64,000 nt of DNA. Source: Eledone cirrhosa (lineage: Eukaryota). This document shows, one piece after another, positions 30,438 through 42,432 of this stretch. The stretch spans positions 73,904,001 through 73,968,000 of the forward strand of contig OZ024741.1 in NCBI GenBank assembly GCA_964016885.1, in the 5' to 3' direction. Every line of letters starts with the position of its first letter. Within the stretch, counting starts at the first letter, position 1. Position numbers and translations under genes: made by a program. The notes under the pieces were generated by a model. It made no database searches, was not told the origin of the DNA, and saw only the letters and a list, made by a program, of their open reading frames with translations.

Positions 30438-31796
30438 ATGGGTAGAAATAACAAAATTGCCATGGTGATATCCATCGATGAAATATGCGACAAAACCGGC
30501 CGATGTCCCAAAATAGAACATTGCCCAGAAAATCACATCTGCCATATCTGTGCGGAACACGAAAACTCGTTCCGGAATCGCTGGGTCGAATGTGGAACCT
30601 GTTGCATCTCTGTCTGCCTTCAATGCGCCACAGGCTTCCAGAGGATCCCAGGCCAAAAAAAGAGACATCATAATGCTATGATGGATGGAATATGGCTGAT
30701 GGTCCAGCTAAAATCCTGGTCCTTTCAGTGTCTGGCCTGTGTGCCTGCCTCCACTAATGTTATTGAAAAACAACAACAACAACAGAAACCAATGACTGTG
30801 TCTTCCTCTACCATTGTTACTGAACAACGGCAAAAACCTATGACACTGGCTTCTACTGCTGTTCCTGTGGGAGAACATCAGAAACAACAACAACCCATGT
30901 CTTCCACTCCCAGTACATCTCGACACCAACAACTGGTGACTGTGTCTTCCCCTACCATTCCCGTGGAGGAACATCATCATCACCAACAACAACAACAACA
31001 ACAGCAACAACCTGCGACTGTGTCCTCCCCTGCCATTCCCGTGGAGGAACATCATCACCAACAACAACAACAGCAACAACCTGCGACTGTGTCCTCCCCT
31101 GCCATTCCCGTGGAGGAACATCATCATCACCAACAACAACAGCAGCAACAACAACAACAACAACCGACCAGTACAGATTTTGCGGAACTGCAACTAATGA
31201 TTTCTGCTCTGAGAAGGGAAGTTGCAGGAATAGAGGCAAGCATTCGGGTAGGACCCCACAATGAGGGGTCTTATCGGAATGCCTTGCTAAACAATCTCCC
31301 TGTACCTCTTGCTGAAAAGACTGAAAAGACTGCGGAATCTGCTACCTATGAAGTGATTGCCATTGGAGTACCAGAGGACAAGGCTGATCTTCAGGCATTT
31401 GCTGCCAGCTCAGCCAAAGACCTAGGCTGTGTTCCCCCAAAGGGTGCTCTCCGCCTTGGTCGACCTGGTCCAAAACCCAGACTCATCAGGCTGTCTTTTT
31501 CGGACCCCGCAGAGGCAACCTCATATCATCTGGCCTCTGCTAAAGCTGGGCGTGAAAATCGGATTACCTTCCGAACATGCCCAGGCCTACCATCCCATGT
31601 ACGTCCAAAGCTATGTGATGCAGCTTCCTTGAATCGGAACTCAGCACAAGATGAAAGTTTTAGTCTGCGTGATGATGGGCAGATCTGGAGGTTTGTCAAG
31701 GCTGGTGAAACGTGGAAGAGAGATACCAGCTGGTCTGAGTGTGATCTACCCACAATAACTGGCAATGTAAAAACTGCTACAACTCTGGGAAACTAA
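30438..31796 (+). CDS. LINE ORF1 protein (452 aa from the first ATG): PHD-like zinc finger, polyQ/polyH repeat linker, coiled coil, RRM-like C-terminal region
   Basis: Uninterrupted frame; CHIC...WVECGTCCISVCLQC...FQCLAC; ELQLMISALRREVAGIE; VIAIGVPE...RLGRPGPKPRLIRLSF as in L1/CR1-type ORF1s. Confidence 0.8.
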   Translation: MGRNNKIAMVISIDEICDKTGRCPKIEHCPENHICHICAEHENSFRNRWVECGTCCISVCLQCATGFQRIPGQKKRHHNAMMDGIWLMVQLKSWSFQCLACVPASTNVIEKQQQQQKPMTVSSSTIVTEQRQKPMTLASTAVPVGEHQKQQQPMSSTPSTSRHQQLVTVSSPTIPVEEHHHHQQQQQQQQQPATVSSPAIPVEEHHHQQQQQQQPATVSSPAIPVEEHHHHQQQQQQQQQQQPTSTDFAELQLMISALRREVAGIEASIRVGPHNEGSYRNALLNNLPVPLAEKTEKTAESATYEVIAIGVPEDKADLQAFAASSAKDLGCVPPKGALRLGRPGPKPRLIRLSFSDPAEATSYHLASAKAGRENRITFRTCPGLPSHVRPKLCDAASLNRNSAQDESFSLRDDGQIWRFVKAGETWKRDTSWSECDLPTITGNVKTATTLGN

Positions 31797-34605
31797 ACCA
31801 GAACAACCTGCCACCCTCTACACACCATCATAAACTGCGAGCAGGGTACAAATTGATGTCCTTAAATGCTCGCAGTTCATGCAACAAGATACATCTGTTC
31901 GAATCCTACGTCAGAAGCATCGACCCTGACTTCATCACAGTCACAGAAACATGGGCACATTCCTTACTCTGTGATGGGGTTTTCAGCATTACTGGGTACA
32001 ACCTTTTCCGCAAGGACCGCATTAACCGCCGTGGTGGTGGTGTGATGGTCTACGTTCGTTCAAACTTTTCGGTAATTCCTTGCGTTGATTTGAACGAATC
32101 ACAGGAAGAAGTTTTTTTCTGTGACATACGTATGACCATGTCAACACTTCTGCTTGGTGTTGTTTATCGACCCCCAAACTACCATCAGGACACACAGCTT
32201 TGCGATATCCTCAGAGTTGCTGCCAAGAAAACAGCCACTTATGTGTTTATTGCAGGTGACTTCAATCATTCTGAGATCGATTGAGAAACCTTTCGTTGGC
32301 CACAAGGTGCAAACGATTTCCTTAAACTAGTACTGGACTCAAACTGGTCACAAGTAGTCACCTCTCCAACAAGAGGTGACAACACTTTGGACCTGATATT
32401 CACCACTACTCCTGAAGTGGTTATCAGTTGTACTACTGAGGAACCTCTAGGCGACTCTGATCATGCTATGATCATTGCCAATCTGGCACTTGAGGGCAGC
32501 AACAAAAACCAGAGCCATCTCCAATCTGCTTGCTTTGATTGGAAGAAGGCGGATTGGAACTTGTACTGCACTGAGCTGCAGCGCCCAAACTGGCATGAGA
32601 TGTATAACTCTGGAGATGTGAACTCTATACTCCAGAGCATCCTGGACTCAATATGGATAGCGTGTGCAGCATCAGTGCCACGGAAGCGGAAAAATAACCA
32701 CCCCAAAAGTGCAATCTGGGAAACTTCAGCGGTCCGACTTGCCAGGAAAGAACGTCGGAACGCTGAACGGGAATATAAACTGCATAAATCAGATGCCAAC
32801 AGAAAAAAGCGGAATAAATCTTCTAACCATCTCAAGCAAGTGACAAAGAAGGCAGTGCTTGAATTTGAACAGTGCATCGCAACCAATCCTGACAGTAAGG
32901 TGTTCTGGAAATATGTTCATTCAAAGCAGAGACCTCACTCTCCAGTTGGTCCTCTTCGCAATCCCCACACAAGCCAGATCACTGATGATCCCAAGGAATG
33001 CGCAGAACTCATTGCTGAGTGCTATGCAAGTATTTTTACTGTTGAAAACCAGAACGTACCATCTCCACCATCTCTAACATCAAATTCCATAACAACTATG
33101 GAATTTACACCTGCAATGTTGCGACGTCACCTTAAGAATAAGCGCAACTATGCCTCCCCTGGTCTTGATGGTGTGACATACCTGCTTCTCAAACGTGGCG
33201 GGTATTTCCTTTTGCGCCAGCTTTCTTTCTTCTTTCAATACTGTCTCAACAATGGTGCTACTCCGGAGCAGTGGAAAACTGCCAGTGTCATTCCCCTGTT
33301 CAAAAGGGGAAACCGCATGTCACCTGTCAACTATCGTCCAGTCAGTCTTACTAGCTGTATGGCCAAACTGATAGAATCCTGTGTCAGAGAAACACTTTGG
33401 AACTTCTGGAGCTCTCACAGCCTCATCCGGCCCTCACAGTTTGGATTTATCCCTAACTCCAGCTGCTGTGATCAGCTTATCGAGTTCCTTGAGGACATCA
33501 CCCGGATCACTGACAGCGGCTCATGGGTGGATGTTGTTTACCTTGACTTTGCTAAGGCTTTTAACTCTGTGCCACACAAAAGGCTTATGGCAAAACTCTC
33601 TGCAATGGATGTGAGGGATGATCTTTTCGACTGGTTGAAATCCTTCATTCTCAGCCGAAAAGAAGTAGTCACGGTTCTGGGTCAGCATTCTTCACCATAT
33701 GAGATGTCATCTGGTGTACCACAGGGATCTGTTCTTGGTCCTCTTTTGTTTGTGGCATATATTAATGACATAGATGCCAACTTACAGAATGCCATGGTAC
33801 TAAAATATGCAGATGACATCAAGCTGTACCTTGAAATCAAAAGGACTGATCCTGAAATTTACAACTCTTTCCTACAATCAGACCTGGACACAATGCAGCA
33901 ATGGATCACAGACTGGCAACTGAAGCTGGCTGTGGACAAGTGTACCACCATGCATTTTGGAAGGAAAAATCCAGCGTCCACAACACTGATATCAAAAAGT
34001 CCTCTTGTGAACGTGACCTGGGCATTACTGTCAGCAACGATTTGCGTTGGACAAAGCATGTCTCTAAGATTGTCAAGAAGGCCGAGGGTGTCTTGGCATC
34101 ACTCAGCAAGACCTTTGCTAGCCGCTCTCCAGCCATTTATTTAAAACTGTATACAGCTATGGTGCGACCACACTTGGAATTCGCATCATTTGTCTGGAAC
34201 CCCTATCTTGCTCAGAACATTGACCTCCTGGAAACTGTTCAGAGACGTGCAACCAAGCGCATACCCTCCATCAGACACCTACCATACTCTGAACGCCTTG
34301 CTTCCCTGGGCATGGATTCATTGAAGCTCCGACGTCTGGCAATGGACTTGGTGAATACCCACAAAGTTTTTAACCATCTCGCCAATTGCAACCCTGAGCG
34401 CCTCTTTGATCTCCATGTGTCTAACACACGTGGACATGCCTACAAGATCCGAAAACAGCACAGCTCCCATGACTTTCGTAGACATTTTTTCACGCTCAGA
34501 GTTGCTGAAGCATGGAACAAACTGCCTGCGTCAATTGTTAGCTGCCGAGACACTGCATCCTTTAAGACACTCATGCTTCCCGAAATACGCCAAAACTACA
34601 CCTGA
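31787..34605 (+). pseudogene. LINE ORF2 (AP endonuclease + reverse transcriptase), disrupted by a TGA at 32282-32284 and a frameshift near 33980
   Basis: APE motifs LNARS, VTETW, RGGGV, VYRPP, GDFN, PTR..LDL, SDH. RT motifs PGLDG, NYRPVSLTS, QFGF, YLDFAKAF, GVPQGSVLGPLLF, YADD (33806-33817). The C-terminus continues in another frame (ERDLG...WNKLP). Confidence 0.92.
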
Positions 34606-35478
34606 TGTACCCCTTCCATACACATGCACACATGTGTGTATCATGACTCGTGCACTGTTCATTTTACTGATGTTTGTGCATTGCCCTATGTACTGTACAT
34701 GCACTTTTTTGATGAGTTGTAGTGCACCTGGGCACTGTACACAATATTTCATTATTGTTATTGTTATTATATCATGACTCATACACTGTTCATTTTCCTG
34801 ACACTTTATTATTCTATGTACTATACATGCACCTTTGATGAGTTGTAGTGCACCTGAGCACTGTACACAATAATTTCATTATTATTATTATTATAAAGTA
34901 AATACTTATAAAACACTAGTACTATTATTGTCCTAGTAACAAAATCCCCACACCCCGGTTCTACCGCCACCACTGGAACTGGAAGTGCCAATGACCAGAT
35001 CATAGACAGTTCAACAACACCAAGAATAAATAATGGTTTCTGATTTATGATTTCGAATTAAAAGGTAAAATTGAATTTAAGTTTATATGTGTTAACATTT
35101 TTTTAATGGCTTTTTTTTTTCTTTCGTGAAAATAAATCTTGCGCTGAGGCAGATCAAGTGACTTGCTAGACAAGTATAATTCCGGAAACTTTATAAGTCC
35201 ATAATTGGCCAGGCCAATCCATGAATCACCTCGCTGTTTGTGGAGTCACCTTACATTAAAGCTCAACCTTTACCAATAAACACAAAGCAAAAAAAAAACT
35301 CAACTTTACTCTAGGCACTTCCACACCATCATGTATTAATGAATACATCATTCCATTCTCCTTGTCCATCTTGACTCCTGGTTCTACAATTGTTCAGTGC
35401 CAGCCATGTATTAGTAGCTCTTAATGTCTCACCTCTTCATCGTATACACGACTATATGCATATGTGCATGTGGTGGTA

Positions 35479-35610
<132 letters not shown>

Positions 35611-36128
35611 ATTCCTGTTTATGTAGTTATACATGTATACGTCAGTATATATGCGTGTGTGTACAAGACTTGCATGAAAACAGAGGGAGGGAGGGCAAGG
35701 AGAGAGTGGGGGAAGAGGTATTGAGTACATTGTAAGAACAGACATTTAGTCTATTTCCTCAAGTTTCTGTAAACACTAAAATAACAAACCTTCATCTTGG
35801 CACATTTCCCCAACTATTTCATGCATGACCCCTTTTTGTTAGTCTTGACTCTAGATTTCATCCCTTCACATAGGTGCACACACACACACACGCATACATA
35901 GGCACACACACTCACACATAAATATATATACATACATAGGCACACACACGCATACATATATAAGCACACACATACATACTCACACACATACGCACACCCA
36001 CACATGCATTCATATACAGGCACACACATACACATACATATATATATATAGTTAAATGAAACAAACAAAACACAGGAGGCAGATTTACACAGTTATATTA
36101 GGTTCACCCTTGGAGGATGTGGAGGAGG

Positions 36129-36164
36129 TTTCAACGTTTCGGATAGAAGTCCTTCTTCTGGAAA
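36129..36164 (-). ncRNA. Degenerate minimal (Penelope-type) hammerhead ribozyme motif
   Basis: Reverse complement reads TTTC-CAGAAGA-A-GGAC TTCT ATCC-GAAA-CGTT-GAAA: 4-bp stem I TTTC/GAAA, core with U4>A, homologous to the + copy at 36659. Confidence 0.55.
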
Positions 36165-36658
36165 ATTCGGATAAAGAGAGAACAGATAAACGTAAGGCTA
36201 GTGAGAGAAGGTTAGGGAAGGAAGTTTAATAAGAAGTGATAGGGGGAGGTGGGTGAAAGATCCGGCCTGGGGGTGTAGAAGGGAAGACATTGGTAGATAT
36301 AGATATATAGGTAAATGTAGATATATAGATATACATCTGTACAGAGACATACATATATACAAACACACATTGGCATATATACAAAAACATATTGGTATAC
36401 ATAGACAGACACATCTACTTATATACATATATATACAAACATGTATTGGTATATATTAACATACACATCTACACGTGCGCATTGGCATACATACGCTTCT
36501 TCATACATAATTCACATATTGGGATACATAGATTCACACATCTACATACACAGATATACACATATTAACATACATACAGATATACATTGGTATAAATGGA
36601 AACACGCACACATCTACATATGCATAGCTAAACACATTGACATATATATATCATTCTT

Positions 36659-36694
36659 TTTTCTGATGAAGGACTAGCGTCCGAAACGTTAAGA
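36659..36694 (+). ncRNA. Minimal (Penelope-type) type I hammerhead ribozyme motif
   Basis: TTTT-CTGATGA-A-GGAC TAGC GTCC-GAAA-CGTT-AAGA: intact core boxes, 4-bp stem II, palindromic ACGT stem III, weak stem I. Confidence 0.7.
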
Positions 36695-36796
36695 CCCTCT
36701 TCCTGCTATATCAAGCGTTAACCTAATATATCCCTTCCATATACTGTACCGATTGTGTTGTTATTTCTGTTTACTTTTTTACATACACACACACAC

Positions 36797-36835
<39 letters not shown>

Positions 36836-37021
36836 GTTATATAGTAAGGTGTATTATTGGTTGTGTCATACGGTCCAATAAACTTTTGTTACCAATATTA
36901 AGTTCTCCACACTTTTGTATATCTCCAATTCCATTTATGGGAACAGCTAGATGATGTGAAACGGAGTATTTGTATCAAAATAAAGATCCGGAGGCATGGT
37001 ATAAATTTCCAATCATTTTAA

Positions 37022-37095
37022 TCACGACACATGTTTCAATAAGGGATAGATCGATCGTGTGGTCATGATCGATTATCACTGATCTCATCAGGTGA
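37022..37095 (-). ncRNA. Type I hammerhead ribozyme motif with extended stem II (intact core)
   Basis: Reverse complement reads TCAC-CTGATGA-[GATCAGTGATAATCGATCATGACCACACGATCGATCTATCCCTTATT]-GAAA-CATGT-GTC-GTGA: stem I TCAC/GTGA, GUC cleavage triplet. Confidence 0.75.
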
Positions 37096-37212
37096 ATAAT
37101 GAAATGTCTTTTGTTTTGGCTGCCGATTCTTCATATGGGGAACAAAACTCTAGTGAGTGAACATCGTTAGTTTTTCGCCCTTCATATCAAAGATTTGAAG
37201 ACATTTCATTAT

Positions 37213-37286
37213 TCACTTGATGAGATCAGTGATAATCGATCATGATTACACGATCGATCTATCCCTTATTGAAACATGTGTCGTGA
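37213..37286 (+). ncRNA. Type I hammerhead motif with extended stem II, core C3>U variant
   Basis: TCAC-TTGATGA-long hairpin-GAAA-CATGT-GTC-GTGA. Confidence 0.6.
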
Positions 37287-37615
37287 TTAAAATGATTGGA
37301 AATTTATACCATGCCTTCGGCTCTTTATTTTCATATATATATATATATATGAAACTATTTAGTTATTAATGGCCGAGTGTATCTGGTATAGAATAGATAG
37401 AGTGAATCCCTGTACGTCGTAAGAAGAAACTAAATGTGTTAAGTTCAGGAAGAGCATCTGACTGTAAAACACTGCCTCAAAAAGTCCCGTCCAGCCCATG
37501 CCAACGATGATGGTGGTGGTGTGCTCTAGAAAGAACACATGTTTATATAAGTCCCTATAAATAACATATAGCTCCAACAATGGAAATGGAAAGAGTTAAA
37601 AGATTGAACGTAAAA

Positions 37616-37995
37616 TAATTGTTTCTACTTTTTGGCACAAGACCAGCAAATACCCAGTACATTACTGGTACTTTATTTTATCGACCCCGTCAGGATGAAA
37701 GGCAAAGTTAACCTCGGCGGGATTTGAACTCAGAATGGCAAGGGCCGTAACTCTATACGTCAAAGCATGGCGTCCGACCCTCTACCGATACTGCCAATTC
37801 ACTTAACCTCGGCTGGATTGAACTCAGACAGTAAAGGGACATAACTCTATACTGCAAAGCAATGCGTCCAACCCTCAGCCGATACTAACAATCAAATGAT
37901 TTTAAATAAGGCCAGCAATTACCCAGTACATTTTAAATAATTGTTTCTATTTTTAGCACAAGGCCAGCAATTACCCAGTGCATCACTGGTACTTT
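37616..37995 (-). mobile_element. Family A SINE (37616-37803) followed by a partial head copy and two tail fragments
   Basis: TTTATCGACCCCGTCAGGATGAAAGGCAAAGTTAACCTCGGCGGGATTTGAACTC is the reverse complement of the family A core; AAGGCCAGCAATTACCCAGT tail pieces recur. Confidence 0.88.
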
Positions 37996-38204
37996 TAAAA
38001 TAATAGCAGGTGAAGTGATTTGCCATTAACAAAGCATAGATTTGGCAGCCTAAACCCAATGTAAAGCAAGAAAGGGTATATTTGCTTAGGTGGAACTGCA
38101 AGCTGCCCAAGAATTCTTCAGATGAGAAACTCAACAAAGAAGGCAATCAAGATTTAAGTGTCCTTTAACTTATTATCCAGCCAAACCAAATATAATGTTT
38201 ACGT

Positions 38205-39085
38205 AATAAGGGTATTTTATGTCATCATCCTCATCATTGTCGTCGTCGTCGTTTTACGTTGGCTTTTCCATGTTTGCATGAATTGGACAGGTCTTTTCCA
38301 ACACAACACCACTCCACTCATCGCGTTCCTTCTTCATCTCAACTGTGAACTTCAGCGATATGAGATTTATGTTCAGTCTATTTTATAGCGTATGAATTAA
38401 GGATATTTCATGTGTTAAGCGTGTGTTAAGAATATCTTATGTGTGAAGGGTATTTTATATGTTAAGGGTATTTTGTATATTAAGGGTATTTTATATGTTA
38501 AGTTGTTTCATGAATATGTTCTGCTGGTGATGACTTATGGCACTCAACACCACCACAGCAGAAACTCTAGGCAGTGGCCCAACGCAAAAGGGAGTGAATC
38601 ACACTCGGCATCACTTTACGTGACAGGAAGAGCAACGCCTGGATTCGACAGCAGACTAAAGTGAAGGACATAATCGAGAACAACAAGAAGAGTAAATATA
38701 GATAGGCTGGCCACATCTCTCATCTCAGAGACAACAGGTAGACTGTTAGAGCAACAGAGTGGACACCAAGGCAGTGGAGAAGTACTAGAGGGTGGCCAAA
38801 AGCAAGATGGTGCGACGATTTGACACGATACCTCGGTCCCACATGGCTCAATATAGCCAGAGATAGGAAGCGATGGTGGTCAATTAGGAAGGGGTTCCTA
38901 CAACAGAAGTGAGAAGGTCATGGATTTAGATTTGGAAGTATTAAGGATATTATATGTGTTAAGTGTATTTTATAGATTAAGGGTATTTTATGTATTAAGA
39001 GTATTTTATGTGTCAGGGGTATTTTATGAGTTAAGGGTATTTTATGTGATATGGGTACTCTGTGTGTTAAGGTACTTTTGTGTTT
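38205..39085. repeat. Degenerate ~18-bp minisatellite (TTAAGGGTATTTTATGTG) interrupted by an RTE fragment
   Basis: Units at ~38395-38500 and 38938-39085, plus one at ~38208. Confidence 0.8.
38500..38912 (+). mobile_element. RTE-clade LINE 3' fragment (decayed)
   Basis: Translates to LGITLRDRKSNAWIRQQTKVKDII...*AGHISHLRDNR*TVRATEWTPR...RGWPKARWCDDL...WLNIARDRKRW. Confidence 0.85.
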
Positions 39086-40107
39086 ACGAAAATTTAACAG
39101 TTCTGATCTAAGACTTAAACTAATGCTAACAAATAGTTGTATCACTATTCTATATCATTTGTCTCAAAAACAATTCACGGTAAACCCTTATTCAGTAAAC
39201 TTCTACGGTAACACACAGAGTATCTAATTTCAGGAAAAAATACACAGCTTCTATTTTATTCATCAAATATTTGTAATGTGCAAAAATACATTGCTATTTT
39301 CATTAAATGCCCAAGCATTGCCAGATGCCTCTGTTAGTTATTCGATACACACAACCAAAGACCATCTTACTGTTGCAAAATGCGGTTTCCAACTACAACA
39401 CGACTCCAACAGTCCAGAGTCAGCAGCTGGGAAACAGCAAGCCTGCCAAGGTAGCCAACTTGCTTAGAACGGAAGAAATAGACACACCAGGCTGGATGTC
39501 TTGTATAATGTTGTTCTTCGCTGCCCGGGTTCACGCCGACAATTCACATCTATAACTTTACACCAACTGTCTTAACCACGCTGCCGACCTCAGACCGACT
39601 GCCCTCGCTGCCAACCTCACACCAACTCCCTGTATTGGCAACTACATCAGTTTAAATAGTCTACCTCCAGCAAAACACACAGAAAAACCGTGCACCATGC
39701 TTCAAACCAGTCACACGATCCATTGTTCGTTTTTCCTCGCTTTCTTTTGTAGATCTGGGGAGCAGTGTTTCGAATTCAAGTGATACCATTTGCATCTGAT
39801 GATTGACTTTACAACCTCCTTCGTAACATTACATATTTATACAAATCCACTAAAAGTGTCTTCTGCCACACTACAGCAGTGTTTAGTATACTAACTACAT
39901 CAATTTCTTTAGTGGCTGGGAGGAGTAGACCTGTATTAGTATTCTAACTACATCAGTGTTGGTGGGTGGGAGAGGGGAGATATAGAGTTACACTGGCTAT
40001 ATCAGTTTTGATGGGGTGGCAGGAAGATGTAGAGTTGTATTAATATACTGCAAATGTAATAAAGATACAACTAAAGAAATCATTATTATTGTCATTATTA
40101 TGTCATT

Positions 40108-40500
40108 AGTGGATTGGCAGTATCGGTAGAGTGTTGGACGCCATGCATTGACGCATAGAGTTACGGCCCTTGCCATTCTGAGTTCAAATCCCGCCGAGGT
40201 TAACTTTGCATTTCATCCTTACGGGGACGATAAAATAAAGTACCAGTAATACACTGGGTATCTACTGGTCTTGTGCCAAAAGTAGAAACAATTATTACGT
40301 CATTATAGGTGGATTGGCAGTATCGGTAGAGGGTCAGACGCCATGATTTGCAGCAAAGAGTTATGGCTCTTTGTGGTCTGAGTTCAAATCCCACCGAGGT
40401 TGACTTTGCCTTTCATCCTTACAGGGTCGTTAAAATAAAGCACCAGTAATACACTGGGACAATTGCTGGTCTTGTGCCAAAAGAAGAAACAATTATTATT
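40108..40500 (+). mobile_element. Two head-to-tail family A SINEs (40108-40295, 40307-40500)
   Basis: Each has the GTGGATTGGCAGTATCGGTAGAG head, B-box, core and TTGTGCCAAAAG..GAAACAATTATTA tail. Confidence 0.92.
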
Positions 40501-40769
40501 GTCAATAGTCTTACTTTCATTGCAGGCCGTCACTGCATTATTGAGCACAGCTCTGTATGTCTTAGGTATGTGCAGTGTTCTTGCTTCTATTGTAATGTAA
40601 CGGCTGACCAAATCAAATCAAGGTATTAGACCCCGGGATTAAGAACATGTAATTTTTATTTTCATTCAGATTATATATATATACATATTTCATTTTACGT
40701 CCGCTTTTCCCTGCTTGCAATGGTCCACGACCACTTTGCAGTGGAATGATATGGACCCCAGTCCCTATC

Positions 40770-41059
<290 letters not shown>

Positions 41060-41185
41060 GCTGCCAACTCATTTTCGAGTACGGCCACTACTTTATATCC
41101 ATGTAGGAGAACCCCTCCAGTCCGAGAATTGAACTCACAACCTTTCGATTGCAAGCCCAAAGTCATAATCACTAAGCCATGTGCC

Positions 41186-41237
<52 letters not shown>

Positions 41238-41240
<3 letters not shown>

Positions 41241-41445
41241 GCTGCCAACTCATTTTCGAGTACGGCCACTACTTTATATCCATGTAGGAGAACCCCTACC
41301 GGTGCGCTGAGCGAGTGTGGCTTTTTAGTCCAGTCAGCGACTTAAAAACTCTGGTACAAACACTACACCTGTGACAATTATTGACACATAGTGCTGGGCC
41401 CATGGTACCATGTGACGACAAATGCAGAGAGATCTCCAGATATAT
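41238..41445 (-). mobile_element. RTE-type LINE extreme 3' end with a C2H2 zinc finger, 3' stem-loop and adjoining (TA)n; tail duplicated at 41057-41116
   Basis: [23 protein letters not shown], then TGGCCGTACTCG-AAAA-TGAGTTGGCAGCCA; homologous to 50742-51502. Confidence 0.7.
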
Positions 41446-41645
41446 AGCAATGCATATACATAGATATATACATATATATATACATATACATATACATATA
41501 CATATATATACATATACATATATACATATATATACATATATATATATATACATACATATATATATATACATACATATATATATATACATACATATATATA
41601 TATACATACATATATATATATACATACATATATATATATACATAC

Positions 41646-41679
<34 letters not shown>

Positions 41680-41925
41680 ACATACATATATATATATACA
41701 TACATATATATATATACATACATATATATATACATACATATATATATACATACATATATATATACATACATATATATATACATACATATATATATATACA
41801 TACATATATATATATACATACATATATATATACATACATATATATATATACATACATATATATATATACATACATATATATATACATACATATATATATA
41901 CATATACATATATATATACATATAC

Positions 41926-41958
<33 letters not shown>

Positions 41959-41981
41959 CATACATACATATATATATATAC

Positions 41982-42052
<71 letters not shown>

Positions 42053-42227
42053 CATATACATACATATATATATATATACATATACATATATATATATATA
42101 TACATATACATACATATATATATATACATATCCATACATACATATACATACATATATATATATATATACATACATATATATATATATATACATATATATA
42201 TACATATACATACATATATATATATAT

Positions 42228-42280
<53 letters not shown>

Positions 42281-42385
42281 CATACATATATATATACATA
42301 TACATACATATATATATACATATACATACATATATATATACATATACATACATATATATATACATACATATATATATACATATAC

Positions 42386-42432
<47 letters not shown>

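Larger units (their letters stand above)
30210..34894 (+). mobile_element. Near-full-length CR1-group LINE (5'UTR, ORF1, ORF2, 3' stem-loop, (ATT)n tail); 5' boundary approximate, no TSD recognised
   Basis: Two-ORF architecture with a PHD-bearing ORF1 and an APE+RT ORF2; C-terminal LYTAMVRPHLEF/VQRRATK/TRGH/WNKLP motifs typical of CR1. Confidence 0.92.
36977..37331. mobile_element. 134-bp inverted repeat (36977-37110 / 37198-37331, ~5 mismatches, 87-bp spacer) with a hammerhead in each arm; probable Penelope-like pLTR derivative
   Basis: Arms compared by eye as reverse complements; (AT)n lies nearby on the left (~36800-36832) and directly on the right (37333-37350). Confidence 0.8.

Noticed and set aside
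32982-33010. Other CTGATGA matches (32982, ~39797, ~63086) as hammerheads
   Set aside because: No properly placed stem II, GAAA and stem I complement.
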